A stretch of DNA of 48,664 bases, taken from the IMG/VR virus record IMGVR_UViG_3300029686_000225; one strand, 5' to 3'. Below are positions 35,554 to 44,952 of this stretch, in pieces. A program made the position numbers and the translations under genes. Below the pieces are notes generated by a model. The model ran no database searches. It was not told the DNA's origin and worked only from the letters and a program-made list of their open reading frames with translations. Every line of letters begins with the position of its first letter. Positions within the stretch are counted from its first letter, which is position 1. This stretch comes from a virus (taxonomy: Duplodnaviria > Heunggongvirae > Uroviricota > Caudoviricetes).

Positions 35554-35832
35554 TTACCTCCAAATCCGTTGCTGGAATGTGCGGGACGGACGCGGTGGGC
35601 GTTCGGAGTAAGGGAGTCTGACTGAGATTATCCAGTGACGATAGTCGAGACTAAGAGCTTTCTTAACCTCGTATCCACGCCTGCGGTAACACTGAATTAT
35701 CCATTCAGCCTGCTCTTCAGTGCATGGAGGATGGTGGAACCAGTCTGATTTGAATGCGTGAAAACGCCGTCCGCACCTGCTGGCAAAGACGGCAGAATCA
35801 TTAGAATTGTGTAATTTGGTATCGTGCGCCAT
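35554..35832 (-). CDS. hypothetical phage protein
   Basis: About 92 aa from ATG at 35832. Confidence 0.4.
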   Translation of the reverse strand: MAHDTKLHNSNDSAVFASRCGRRFHAFKSDWFHHPPCTEEQAEWIIQCYRRRGYEVKKALSLDYRHWIISVRLPYSERPPRPSRTFQQRIWR

Positions 35833-35904
35833 CGGTTGTCTCTGCTGGCGCAGCAGGTGCCAGTTGTTCAGGCTGGCGTGCGAATTGTAAACCAGAATGC
35901 CAGG

Positions 35905-35936
35905 AAAAAACAAAACCCGCCGAAGCGGGTTTTTTG
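35905..35936. terminator. bidirectional intrinsic terminator after the methyltransferase gene
   Basis: CCCGCCGAAGCGGG hairpin flanked by A-run and T-run. Confidence 0.6.
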
Positions 35937-35947
35937 TACATATAGAA

Positions 35948-37045
35948 TTATGGTATTAATCCAGCTGTTCTTGCTTTATTAATATAATTTTTACAGTGGT
36001 TAGCCAAATACTCTGCAAACTTGCATGGAAGTGCATTTCCTATTATGACGCATACTTTATCCATCAAGGCTGTATCAAACACATAGTTATCAGGAAAAGT
36101 CTGTAGTCTAGCAGCTTCTCGAACAGAAATAGTACGCGTATCCTCAGGATGTCCATATCGCCCACGGCTTAAAGTTGTGCACCCACCTGTAATCGTAGGC
36201 GATACGTCATCCCAAAGCATACGACCATAAACATTACTAAATCCTTTATAGTCGCCTTTATGGCAATCTGGACGGAGTTCTTCGGGAATACACTCCCAAG
36301 ACATCCCTGGAACAGCCGCTTGTAACCGCTTTATATTGATCTCAGACAAATCCCTAACAATATGCCAACTCGACAATGGAAACTTCCCTTGCTTCTTAGC
36401 CTGTGAAAGGGTTAAGGGTTTTGGCATATCTCCAATAGCTTCTTTAACAGTTACCCATTTGGGTTTCTCTCTTCCATCCTTAGAGTGTGATCCATCAGGC
36501 AATGGGATGGCAAATCCTTTTCCTGCCAACAGAACAAGTCTTTTTCTGAACTGTGGTACACCAAAGTCAGCTACTTGCAAAACTCCATAATTAACTATGT
36601 AACCAAGTTTTTTCAATCTCTCAATTACTGGCGAAAGAAGATGATTTCCCCGGGAAGCTAATCCAGGAACATTTTCCATCATGATTGCTGATGGATTGGT
36701 TTCTTCAACCAACCGTAACATCTCGTTAATCAATAAATTACGAGGGTCCTCCCTTTTATACTTGGCAGTGAGACTAGTAAATCCTTGACATGGCGGGCAC
36801 GCAGATAAAAGATCTAAATGTTGCTCAGGGATAAGATTTAGGATATCACTCCCCTTTACAAACCGAATATCTTGAACAAAGAGTTTTGTCTCACGATGAT
36901 TTGCTTGGAAAGTAGCGGCGGCATGTGCGTCCAGTTCAACGGCAGCTTTGACATCAAACCCGGCCATTTTTAGTCCCATGGTTAGTCCCCCACCACCGCT
37001 AAATAGGTCAACTGCATTCAAACTGGTCACTGTTTTCTCACTCAT
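35948..37045 (-). CDS. DNA (cytosine-5)-methyltransferase
   Basis: Motif I DLFSGGGG, motif IV PPCQGFT, ENV, C-terminal GNALP. Confidence 0.85.
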   Translation of the reverse strand: MSEKTVTSLNAVDLFSGGGGLTMGLKMAGFDVKAAVELDAHAAATFQANHRETKLFVQDIRFVKGSDILNLIPEQHLDLLSACPPCQGFTSLTAKYKREDPRNLLINEMLRLVEETNPSAIMMENVPGLASRGNHLLSPVIERLKKLGYIVNYGVLQVADFGVPQFRKRLVLLAGKGFAIPLPDGSHSKDGREKPKWVTVKEAIGDMPKPLTLSQAKKQGKFPLSSWHIVRDLSEINIKRLQAAVPGMSWECIPEELRPDCHKGDYKGFSNVYGRMLWDDVSPTITGGCTTLSRGRYGHPEDTRTISVREAARLQTFPDNYVFDTALMDKVCVIIGNALPCKFAEYLANHCKNYINKARTAGLIP

Positions 37046-39149
37046 TATTTCCCAACTTCAACTGTTCTGCCTCATCCAAGAATTCTTGGTGAGTTTGAGT
37101 TGTCCTCAGCAAGAACCCTGCCCAATCAACGGGTGTTAGGCGTTTTTCTTCGATGTATGCAGTATAAGCTTTACGACGTGCCCCACTCAAGCGCTCCCCA
37201 TCACTTACCAGCGTAACGTGAAAATCAGATGCTATTGATTTAAAATCATTATGTCTCTCATCGTTCAAAAATTCCTCGAATGTTTCGAAGTAATTAATAA
37301 TACGATCCATTTCATCATTGGAAATATAATGATGTGGCTTTTTTATTTCAATTATTTGTAATTTTCCATCCTGACTAAACAATACAAAGTCTGGTCTTTT
37401 ATTTTTTTTATCAAAATCTATAAGAAATATCTCCTCACCAGTTTTCTTTTTATAAAATTTTTGAAACTCCCTTTTAAGCGTGGACAACGTTTTATTTGCT
37501 GTAACTGGGACCCATTGAGGGTTAACTAGCCACGGAGCGGATGCAATTAGATCTTGTAACTCATCTTCTGCTGTATCCTTTGCGTCTTTTAAAGACTCGA
37601 GACGCTCAATAATCTGAAGACGCTTTTTGACCTTTTGACCAAAACTAACGGTTTCAGCTAGTTGAGCCGTTGCTAAAATATCATTGAGAACATTGAGCGG
37701 TGTATCCGCTTTACTGGAAGCTTCTATTAACTTCTCATCTAAGGATTGTAATGGTGCTAACATAATACTTAACTGCACTAAATTCTCGAGTGCATCAGGA
37801 TCATGTAATTCATCACCTCGTAAAGATTTACCCAACAACTTGGCTATTTTTTTAGCCTGTGCTCGCATATCCTTTTGACTGGCTCCAGGGTATGCTTGCT
37901 CGACCTTATCCTCCACTTGCGCTAATTCGAAGAATTGATTCATCATATTATTTCTAAGGGGGTCGCGAGTTATTTTACCCACAAGTAAAATAACTTCTTG
38001 CCCCCAATTCTGAAATTGCGTTCCTAAATCATCAGACCATAGAATATCCCTTCTATCAGTTTGGATAAGATCTTCTTTTTCGTCTAACCAGTCAGCATGC
38101 AACTCACCTACCAAATATGAACGTATAGAGTGCTCTCCAGTAAAACCAGCTTTTCTATTAAAAACTGCTGTTTGCGCAGCAAACTTACCTCGGCAATAAA
38201 TTCTAACACCTGCCATTAACTCGTCCTTATAAGGCTCTTTTGCGTATGCAATCCAACCTAATATCGGGTAAGCTTTCCCTTCATGTTCAAAACCGGCCTT
38301 AACAATTGATGAACGCGTGCCGTCAGGATTAAAAGCCGCATAATCACTTAAATCCGTACAAGAATCCGTCGCAATACTTCCACTCATGGAACGAAATTCA
38401 ATTTTAGAGTTAGGCATAACAGGAACAGTAAACTCTCCGACCTCAACTTCATAGTCAGGATTAGATTTTGTTTTCGAAGTATCAATCAGTTTAATATTCC
38501 AGTTTTTACTCTTCACTCCAAAACGTTGTGAAAGCTGCCGAGATAAATCTTTTATTTCGCTAATTTTTCTATATTCAAAATCACTTAATATTATTTTAGT
38601 ATAGGTCCTGTCACTTAGTGTGCCGTCTAAATCCCCAGTTTCCGGTTTATAAGACACTGCAGTATCATCCATTATTTTTTCTTTATCTAGCCGAATATGA
38701 GCAACCTCATACCCTTCCTTTCCATCACGACTGATTTTTTCCCCACCGGCACTTATAATCTCGACCCTTTTACAAACACCAAAAGGTGCTAATTTCCCAA
38801 CGCCTTTCCGTCCCATGACTTTGCGGTGAAACACCTTCGAGGTTTCACCTCTTTTTGGATCCTTACGTCTTTCTTTGCCAACAACCAAATAAAAGTTCTG
38901 TAGTTCATCAGGCGCCATTCCGACGCCATTATCTTCTACTTCTATTGTGACATTTTTTGACCTGACAACACCATCCTGTCTAACAGCCAAGTATTGGCCC
39001 ATAGGTGCTTTTATAGTGACATTAGTCGCATCTGCATCGTAACTGTTAGATACTAATTCGGCTATAACAGCATAAGCCCTGTCATATAATTTCACACCTA
39101 ATTTATCTACTGTCATCCTTGATATCTGCATTTCATATTGACGCGCCAT
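37038..39149 (-). CDS. GHKL-type ATPase fused to a PD-(D/E)xK-like nuclease domain (candidate restriction/defence enzyme)
   Basis: N-terminal Bergerat motifs ELVSNSYDA, EDNGVGM, GRKGVGK; C-terminal RPDFVLF...LQIIEIKK; overlaps the methyltransferase start by 8 nt. Confidence 0.65.
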   Translation of the reverse strand: MARQYEMQISRMTVDKLGVKLYDRAYAVIAELVSNSYDADATNVTIKAPMGQYLAVRQDGVVRSKNVTIEVEDNGVGMAPDELQNFYLVVGKERRKDPKRGETSKVFHRKVMGRKGVGKLAPFGVCKRVEIISAGGEKISRDGKEGYEVAHIRLDKEKIMDDTAVSYKPETGDLDGTLSDRTYTKIILSDFEYRKISEIKDLSRQLSQRFGVKSKNWNIKLIDTSKTKSNPDYEVEVGEFTVPVMPNSKIEFRSMSGSIATDSCTDLSDYAAFNPDGTRSSIVKAGFEHEGKAYPILGWIAYAKEPYKDELMAGVRIYCRGKFAAQTAVFNRKAGFTGEHSIRSYLVGELHADWLDEKEDLIQTDRRDILWSDDLGTQFQNWGQEVILLVGKITRDPLRNNMMNQFFELAQVEDKVEQAYPGASQKDMRAQAKKIAKLLGKSLRGDELHDPDALENLVQLSIMLAPLQSLDEKLIEASSKADTPLNVLNDILATAQLAETVSFGQKVKKRLQIIERLESLKDAKDTAEDELQDLIASAPWLVNPQWVPVTANKTLSTLKREFQKFYKKKTGEEIFLIDFDKKNKRPDFVLFSQDGKLQIIEIKKPHHYISNDEMDRIINYFETFEEFLNDERHNDFKSIASDFHVTLVSDGERLSGARRKAYTAYIEEKRLTPVDWAGFLLRTTQTHQEFLDEAEQLKLGNNE

Positions 39150-39413
39150 TTAAATATCCTTCTAAAAGAGTATTTTTTGCTCAAAAAGGGGAAGTTTATG
39201 TTTGACTAACATAGCAAAAAAACTTTCATCTTCAAGAGGTTCACACCAAAAGAATTTACCTGGTTCACATAACCAACTGGATTAGTGTTGAGTTTTGGGT
39301 AAACCTGAGGATTGAGAAACCAGTACTGATAAATGGGTATCCGCTGTTTTCGTCCCTCTCCTGAGTTACCGTGTATTGGAATGGCATCGACACTATTACA
39401 TGGTAGGAGGTTG

Positions 39414-39548
39414 TATGTATGGTTTAGATATTTTGCATCTTTCACAGACACTTTTTACCTTTGCCATCTCTTTCCACATTGTTTCTCCGGAAATCACTAA
39501 CGGTTTGGCATTTGCAGAACCATTATCAGCCATAGCTTCTTGCCGTTA
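39414..39548 (+). CDS. small ORF (44 aa) with consensus RBS, hypothetical
   Basis: TAGGAGG 4 nt before ATG; MYGLDILHLSQTLFTFAISFHIVSPEITNGLAFAEPLSAIASCR; AT-rich surroundings. Confidence 0.3.
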
Positions 39549-39725
39549 ACTTCGGTTGCACCTGATTGTTGCTCACCTTCAGGCAATGATGGGTTATATA
39601 CACGGACTGAGCTCACTGCAGTAACAACCTTCCCAGTCAACTTACCTATGCTTTCAACCATCATCGTAGCGGCATACTTCCGAATTGCTATTATTTCAAT
39701 TCTGCACCGTTTGCTCAATGTAACG

Positions 39726-40136
39726 CTACCTAAAACGTCGCCGATAGAACGCCAGCACGCGCTGCATAACCTCACTCTTCCGGCACTCGCGACAGATTAT
39801 GTTCAGACGCCTGTCGTAACGACGTATTTCTCCGTCTGGTAATGACCAGATAAGGTCCGGATCAACCGCAGATGGTTTCTTCGGCTTTGCCCTTGAGAGC
39901 TTTTTACGGGCATTTTGCCAGTCCTTACGCGCCTGTTCAGACGGGAATAACCCGTAACCAGAGTTGTATACATCGCCACTGGCAACCAGCTCTCTGGCCA
40001 GAACGCTCATCAGATATCTTGTTGCCCCAGTTTTAGTTTCCAGTTGTCGTAACGTCTCGCGCCCACTCTGGCGTACGAGTTCAACAACCTGCCCTTTAAT
40101 TTTTTCCCGCTCTTCTTGTGTAAAAACTTTTGCCAC
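39726..40136 (-). CDS. hypothetical phage protein (basic, possibly DNA-binding)
   Basis: 136 aa, GTG start; downstream of the replication gene. Confidence 0.5.
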   Translation of the reverse strand: MAKVFTQEEREKIKGQVVELVRQSGRETLRQLETKTGATRYLMSVLARELVASGDVYNSGYGLFPSEQARKDWQNARKKLSRAKPKKPSAVDPDLIWSLPDGEIRRYDRRLNIICRECRKSEVMQRVLAFYRRRFR

Positions 40137-40176
40137 AAGCCCTCCTGAAAATTACCTCATGACCAGAAATTAACAC

Positions 40177-41124
40177 TTACCCCCTGAAGCCCGGCGGAAT
40201 TTCGGTGTCCGGCTCGGAAATATGATTCACGCAACGCTGTACAGGCGAACGCCCCAGACGAATAACCAGCTCATCCCATTTTTCGCGAAGCTTTGACGGG
40301 CTCATGACGTTTTTTACCCAGAAGGGATCCCGCTGTACCCGACCAAACATTTCGCAAATTTGTCTGTGAGTTCTGCCATCCAGCATCCGCATTGTGCGCA
40401 CATCATTGGCCCATGCAGTCCAGTTTGGTTCTTTCGGTCGCGTGATCTCACCATCATCGCTGGCAGCCTGTTCGTAAAGACTCACGATTCGTCCCCAGAT
40501 CCACTGCGCACACGCTAAATCCTCCTGGTTGCCCCACTGGCGTTTTTTCGCACTGAACACAACCGCGTCAGGGTGTCGGGTTAAAAAATCCTGTTCAGCC
40601 GCCTGCAGGTCCGGTTGCGAAGCTTCCGGACGAGAAGATCTTTTATCTGACGGATCAGGTTTTAATACTGACAGATCGGGGCCAACCATCGCCCCCCTAA
40701 CCGGCTGTTTTTTATCAACAGTTGGTCCATCAAAATTTGACGGGTCAACCGTTGAGGGGGCAATATTTGACGGGTCATTTTTTACCGGGTTAATTTTTCT
40801 TTTCGGTTTATATGCCTCACGCGCCGCCGCTGCTGCTGCTTCGAGTTTTTCCACATTAAGACGGTAGATATTGCTTTCATTACGCCCACCGACCTTACGT
40901 TCCTCCTTCGTCAGCCAGCCGTTCTTTTCCAGTTCCGCTATCGCAGCTTTAACCGTTGATTCACTCTTTGCCCCAATCTGACGACGAATGGTCTCCACTG
41001 CAGGCCATGACACACCTTCGTCATTGCTGTAATCTGCAAGGCGAGCCATTACTGCCACCCGGGATAAGATCATGCCGGTGAAGGCACACCCTTCCCAGAC
41101 AAGACCATGAAGCTTGCTGCTCAT
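40177..41124 (-). CDS. replication initiation protein (O-like, winged-helix N-terminal domain)
   Basis: 315 aa; N-terminal HTH pattern; Pro/Asp-rich linker; position after cro/ydaT. Confidence 0.6.
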   Translation of the reverse strand: MSSKLHGLVWEGCAFTGMILSRVAVMARLADYSNDEGVSWPAVETIRRQIGAKSESTVKAAIAELEKNGWLTKEERKVGGRNESNIYRLNVEKLEAAAAAAREAYKPKRKINPVKNDPSNIAPSTVDPSNFDGPTVDKKQPVRGAMVGPDLSVLKPDPSDKRSSRPEASQPDLQAAEQDFLTRHPDAVVFSAKKRQWGNQEDLACAQWIWGRIVSLYEQAASDDGEITRPKEPNWTAWANDVRTMRMLDGRTHRQICEMFGRVQRDPFWVKNVMSPSKLREKWDELVIRLGRSPVQRCVNHISEPDTEIPPGFRG

Positions 41125-41147
41125 AAAAAACTCCGAACACCGTGATT

Positions 41148-41573
41148 TTAGTGCATCACCAGGGCATTTCCCGCCGGACCACCACGATTCATCTGATTGA
41201 AACCAGCGATCGCCACAGCGACAAAATCATCAGCGTCTCTCACCAGTCGTTCCCGCGTCTCCACCAGCTCCCGAAAATAGTCTGAACTGTGGCTGCGCAT
41301 TCGGGCCACCAGCAGAGGTGGCATTGCTTTTTCGATCGCTGGTAACAACGCCTGAATTTTTTTAACCGCATCAGGGGTGTCTTTCTCTACCCAGCGGAAA
41401 ATTTTCTGAGTATTACGAACCAGGGCTTCCGGATGGCTGTCGTCATACAGTTCCGGGAACGTCATTCCCAGTTCGAAATACGCTTTGGTAATTTTCGCAG
41501 CCGGTACTTTTTCGCCGTCCGGATGCGCCCAGGCATCCATCGCCATGCGGATGTGTTCATGCTTGATTTTCAT
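41148..41573 (-). CDS. ydaT: YdaT-like (cII-position) protein
   Basis: Starts MKIKHEHI like E. coli Rac YdaT; AAAGGGGG RBS. Confidence 0.7.
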   Translation of the reverse strand: MKIKHEHIRMAMDAWAHPDGEKVPAAKITKAYFELGMTFPELYDDSHPEALVRNTQKIFRWVEKDTPDAVKKIQALLPAIEKAMPPLLVARMRSHSSDYFRELVETRERLVRDADDFVAVAIAGFNQMNRGGPAGNALVMH

Positions 41574-41799
41574 GAATCCCCCTTTGGTTAGAAGGCGGAT
41601 TATGATCAGAACCGGGAATGACAACCGTCGGTATGTGTAACTCATATTTGAGCGCCCCGGCAGTGACTGCCTGAATTAGCAACGCCCATTTCCACGGAAC
41701 CTCTTCCCCCCACATGCTGACTGTGGTTTTTGACGTTCCTAGAGCTGCGGCTGTTTTAACAACTCCGCCAAAATAGCCTAATACTTCTGATTTTTTCAT
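41557..41799 (-). CDS. Cro/YdaS-like HTH regulator
   Basis: About 80 aa, MKKSEVLGYFGGVVKTAAALGTSKTTVSMW; divergent from cI. Confidence 0.7.
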   Translation of the reverse strand: MKKSEVLGYFGGVVKTAAALGTSKTTVSMWGEEVPWKWALLIQAVTAGALKYELHIPTVVIPGSDHNPPSNQRGIHENQA

Positions 41800-41890
41800 G
41801 AGTCGCTCCATAAAACTGAACGCCAAAAGTTTAATAATCAAAACCAAAGAAAGTCAAGAAACAAAACCATCTGTGTTTTAAAATCAAAAC
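41800..41890. promoter_or_regulatory. immunity-region divergent promoter/operator interval between cro-like and cI genes
   Basis: 91-bp AT-rich intergenic region with repeated ATCAAAAC motifs. Confidence 0.5.
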
Positions 41891-42529
41891 ATGAGCAAGC
41901 AAACAATATCTGAACGCATAACCCAACGTATGCATGCGCTAAACCTGAAAGGCAAAGACCTTGTCAATGCCACTGGCGCATCAAAAGGCTCCGTAAGTCA
42001 ATGGATGAACGGTGGAGGAGCGCCGTCCTCGCGTTACATAAGTTCACTGGCAAAGATATTGAAAGTAAACGAAAATTGGCTTCTTAATGGAGGAGAGTTA
42101 AATACAGGTGATTCGCTTGATCTATCTTTACCGCCGATAAAAACGGTTCCGCTACTATCACTTCAGCAGGCAGCAAGCTGGAGTGATTATATGAAAAATT
42201 CCTCAATAACCTCTTGTGTGCAGCTTGTCGGAGAAATCCCGGCCAATACCTTTGCAGTTGTTCTAGAGAGTGACAGTATGTCAACATCTGGTGGGGGAGT
42301 TTCCATCCCAAATGGATCAACAGTTTTTGTTGATCCCGATCGAACCGCACAACCAGGAAATATTGTCCTTGCCTTACCCAAAGGGACCACAACACCTGTC
42401 ATTCGTAAACTGGAGATAGAAGGGCCGGATATTCTTTTAGTCCCCACGAATCCTCGCTACCCTTCAATTATGCTGGATGATCTATCTTGCATATTGGGTG
42501 TATGCTTTAAAATTCAACAAGATATTTAA
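41891..42529 (+). CDS. CI-like repressor (HTH plus S24 LexA-like peptidase domain)
   Basis: 212 aa; N-terminal HTH (LKGKDLVNATGASKGSVSQW), C-terminal S24 motifs (LESDSM, K in VIRKLEIEG). Confidence 0.85.
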   Translation: MSKQTISERITQRMHALNLKGKDLVNATGASKGSVSQWMNGGGAPSSRYISSLAKILKVNENWLLNGGELNTGDSLDLSLPPIKTVPLLSLQQAASWSDYMKNSSITSCVQLVGEIPANTFAVVLESDSMSTSGGGVSIPNGSTVFVDPDRTAQPGNIVLALPKGTTTPVIRKLEIEGPDILLVPTNPRYPSIMLDDLSCILGVCFKIQQDI

Positions 42530-42819
42530 CCGACCTCATCTATTTGATTAACTGTATGCCATCGTGGTGATGGCTTAACAGCTGCCTGCTCAAAATGTTT
42601 TGATAAAAAAACATTGACCTGAAAAGTTCATTTTTCTAAACTTAATTCATTCCCTCACCCCACCCCACAAAATGCAGGGCAATACTTCGAGTTACCAGGC
42701 AGTGGTCAGGGGGGTAAGTAGCCAGCCCGAGGCGTAAGAACATGACGGCAGGGTTCAACTTTAACTATGCAGCAGGTTTTTGTTCCGCTACCCCGGCGTT
42801 AAGGGGAAATGAGGTCAGC

Positions 42820-42975
42820 ATGGATACTATCGATCTTGGCAACAACGAATCTCTGGTATACGGCGTGTTTCCCAACCAGGACGGCACATTCACCGCGATG
42901 ACGTATACCAAAAGCAAAACGTTTAAAACCGAATCTGGCGCACGTCGCTGGCTGGAAAGAAATTCAGGTGAGTGA
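42820..42975 (+). CDS. ydfA: YdfA-like small protein (DUF1391)
   Basis: 51 aa from MDTIDLGNNESLVYG with strong RBS. Confidence 0.6.
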   Translation: MDTIDLGNNESLVYGVFPNQDGTFTAMTYTKSKTFKTESGARRWLERNSGE

Positions 42976-42976
42976 T

Positions 42977-43105
42977 ATGGATTTCGACGCAATCATGGAA
43001 AAGGCTTACGAAGAATACTTCGAAGGCCTTGCCGAAGGCGAAGAAGCTCTCAGCTTCAGTGAGTTTAAACAGGCGCTTTCCAGTTCGGCAAAATCTAACG
43101 GCTGA
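42977..43105 (+). CDS. ydfB: YdfB-like small protein (42 aa)
   Basis: Hand-translated MDFDAIMEKAYEEYFEGLAEGEEALSFSEFKQALSSSAKSNG; AGGTGA RBS; not in the ORF track. Confidence 0.5.
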   Translation: MDFDAIMEKAYEEYFEGLAEGEEALSFSEFKQALSSSAKSNG

Positions 43106-43134
43106 TAAGCGAAACTGCACCGCGAGGAATCAGT

Positions 43135-43353
43135 ATGCAGAAACGAGAACCCGTCATCATCGCGCCAGACTATACCGATGATGAACTTTATGAGTGGATG
43201 CGCCAGAAAATTAAGGCAGCGCAGGACCTGAAATGGGCCAATGAAGCCAGGGCTAAGCAAGCTGAAAATCTGTCCGCTCTGGAGCAGGATATCACCAATC
43301 TGGAAAAAGCAGCGGCATTAAGCATTGCCAGAATGATTACATACCCGCGTTAA
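43135..43353 (+). CDS. ydfC: YdfC-like protein
   Basis: 72 aa; GAGGAAT RBS; same position as ydfC in the Qin dicB operon. Confidence 0.6.
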   Translation: MQKREPVIIAPDYTDDELYEWMRQKIKAAQDLKWANEARAKQAENLSALEQDITNLEKAAALSIARMITYPR

Positions 43354-43488
43354 TAGTTAACCAACGAGACTAAGGTTGATAATTAAGGAGTTCTCCACGA
43401 GGCAGGTGGAGTGCGTGCGCCGGACACGGGTGAGCATCCGGCACGTTCTTTAAAAATCTGGATAGTCCCAACTTATTTAAACAGTTAA

Positions 43489-43920
43489 TTATCTTGAGTT
43501 CATCCAGAACTTATTATTACAGGCGGGGCAAAAAGTACGAAAATGAGCATCAAGGCGCATTATTTCCATTGGCTGCAGTACAGATATTACCTTTTTTCCA
43601 AAACATTGTGGGCAAAGATGCACTGTTATCTCAGTATCGCCTATAAATTGCTTCTTGGAATACACAAGAGTTCCAGAATCAAGCTTGTTAAGTTTGTAAC
43701 CTTCCGCCTGTTGCTGAAAGTCTTCTATCTCTGCAATTTTTGCTTTGAGAGATGCGGCTTCTTCCTGATAAGAGCGCACCATCTCAATGAGCGATACGCA
43801 TTCAAACTGAACAGACGTAAGTTTTGAAAGCATATCGCTGACAGCGGAATTTATCTCAGTTTGAGTTTTGGCATTCAGAATACCCTTTGCCATTACCGCA
43901 GTTTCTTTGATTGCCGACAT
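43489..43920 (-). CDS. hypothetical coiled-coil protein with C-terminal zinc ribbon
   Basis: About 143 aa from ATG at 43920; CPQC...CPAC; antisense insert between ydfC and dicF/dicB. Confidence 0.45.
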   Translation of the reverse strand: MSAIKETAVMAKGILNAKTQTEINSAVSDMLSKLTSVQFECVSLIEMVRSYQEEAASLKAKIAEIEDFQQQAEGYKLNKLDSGTLVYSKKQFIGDTEITVHLCPQCFGKKVISVLQPMEIMRLDAHFRTFCPACNNKFWMNSR

Positions 43921-44235
43921 TGCTGCTGAGAACTCAACTATCACGTTACATACTCTTCTCGTTGTTGGGGATATCCGGATTATACAAATTTCTTGTTGTT
44001 GGGGAATAACAGGAACCACCTCGCCTGACGTGGTTAAAAGCAGGCACACAACACGAAAGCGCACGGCGAAGTTCGTCTCACTGTACGGTGTCGTTAAATT
44101 TAATTCGACCGTGCGCTTCCGGTTGTGGCACTCCGCGAAATGGCGCGGCGATAAGTATGGCGAAGCTATCCTTTCCTCGAGATAACACCGGGTTGTCAGG
44201 TTGACCATACGCCTTAGTGACAACCCCGCTGCAAC

Positions 44236-44300
44236 AACCCATGTTGATTACCTTTTGGCGGGTATCCGTTCTTTGTTCCCTTGTGATACCCGCCCTTTTT
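44236..44300 (+). ncRNA. dicF: DicF-like small RNA candidate ending in intrinsic terminator
   Basis: UUUUGGCGGGUAUC...GAUACCCGCC then U5, just upstream of dicB; shares the UUUGGCGG(G)UAUC core with E. coli DicF. Confidence 0.4.
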
Positions 44301-44483
44301 AAAGTGAATTTTGTGATGCGGTGAATGCGGCTCAGCGCACGCGGAACAGTTAAAAAGGCCAGTTGACTTCCGTATTGGTTCTTATGGGTGGGTTCTCTGT
44401 ATCCGGCGTTAATTGTTAACTGGTTAACGTCACCTGGAGGCACCAGGCACCGTATCACAAAATTCATTGTTGAGGACGCGATA

Positions 44484-44672
44484 ATGGAAACGTTATTACC
44501 AAACGTTAATACGTCTGAAGGTTGTTTTGAAATTGGTGTCACTATCAGTAACCCTGTATTTACTGAAGATGCCATTAACAAGAGAAAACACGAACGGGAG
44601 TTATTAAATAAAATATGCATTCTTTCAATGCTGGCCCGTTTACGTCCGATACAAAAAGGATGCTGGCAATGA
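44484..44672 (+). CDS. dicB: cell division inhibitor DicB
   Basis: 62 aa from METLLPNVNTSEGCFEIGVTISNPVFTEDAINKRK, matching E. coli DicB; GAGGA RBS. Confidence 0.85.
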   Translation: METLLPNVNTSEGCFEIGVTISNPVFTEDAINKRKHERELLNKICILSMLARLRPIQKGCWQ

Positions 44673-44872
44673 ATACAGCATTTGCACTTGTTCTGACAGT
44701 TTTTCTTGTTTCCGGTGAACCGGTTGACATGGTTACTGGCGTATACAGCTCAATGAAAGAATGCACGGCTGCCGCAGCGGAACAGAAAATTCCCGGTAAC
44801 TGTTATCCGGTCGATAAAGTTATTCACATGGACAATAACGAAATCCCGGCAGGACTTAAAACAGCACCGTAA
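44669..44872 (+). CDS. ydfD: YdfD-like small membrane/lysis protein
   Basis: 67 aa from MNTAFALVLTVFLVSGEPVD; ATGA overlap with dicB. Confidence 0.75.
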   Translation: MNTAFALVLTVFLVSGEPVDMVTGVYSSMKECTAAAAEQKIPGNCYPVDKVIHMDNNEIPAGLKTAP

Positions 44873-44952
44873 TTAATATCCGGTTTCATTTTTAGATGCC
44901 AGCAATGGCAGGGATTTGTTCACCCTTAAATCTGTAATGAGGTTAAAACAAA

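Noticed and set aside
39497-39775. 92-aa minus-strand ORF next to the 44-codon plus-strand ORF
   Set aside because: Weak start context and overlap with the better-supported plus-strand ORF; possibly a 55-aa internal start is real, but evidence is insufficient.
44388-44483. N-terminal extension of the dicB ORF
   Set aside because: DicB begins at the internal METLLPNV with its own RBS; the upstream in-frame stretch overlaps the DicF-like terminator region.
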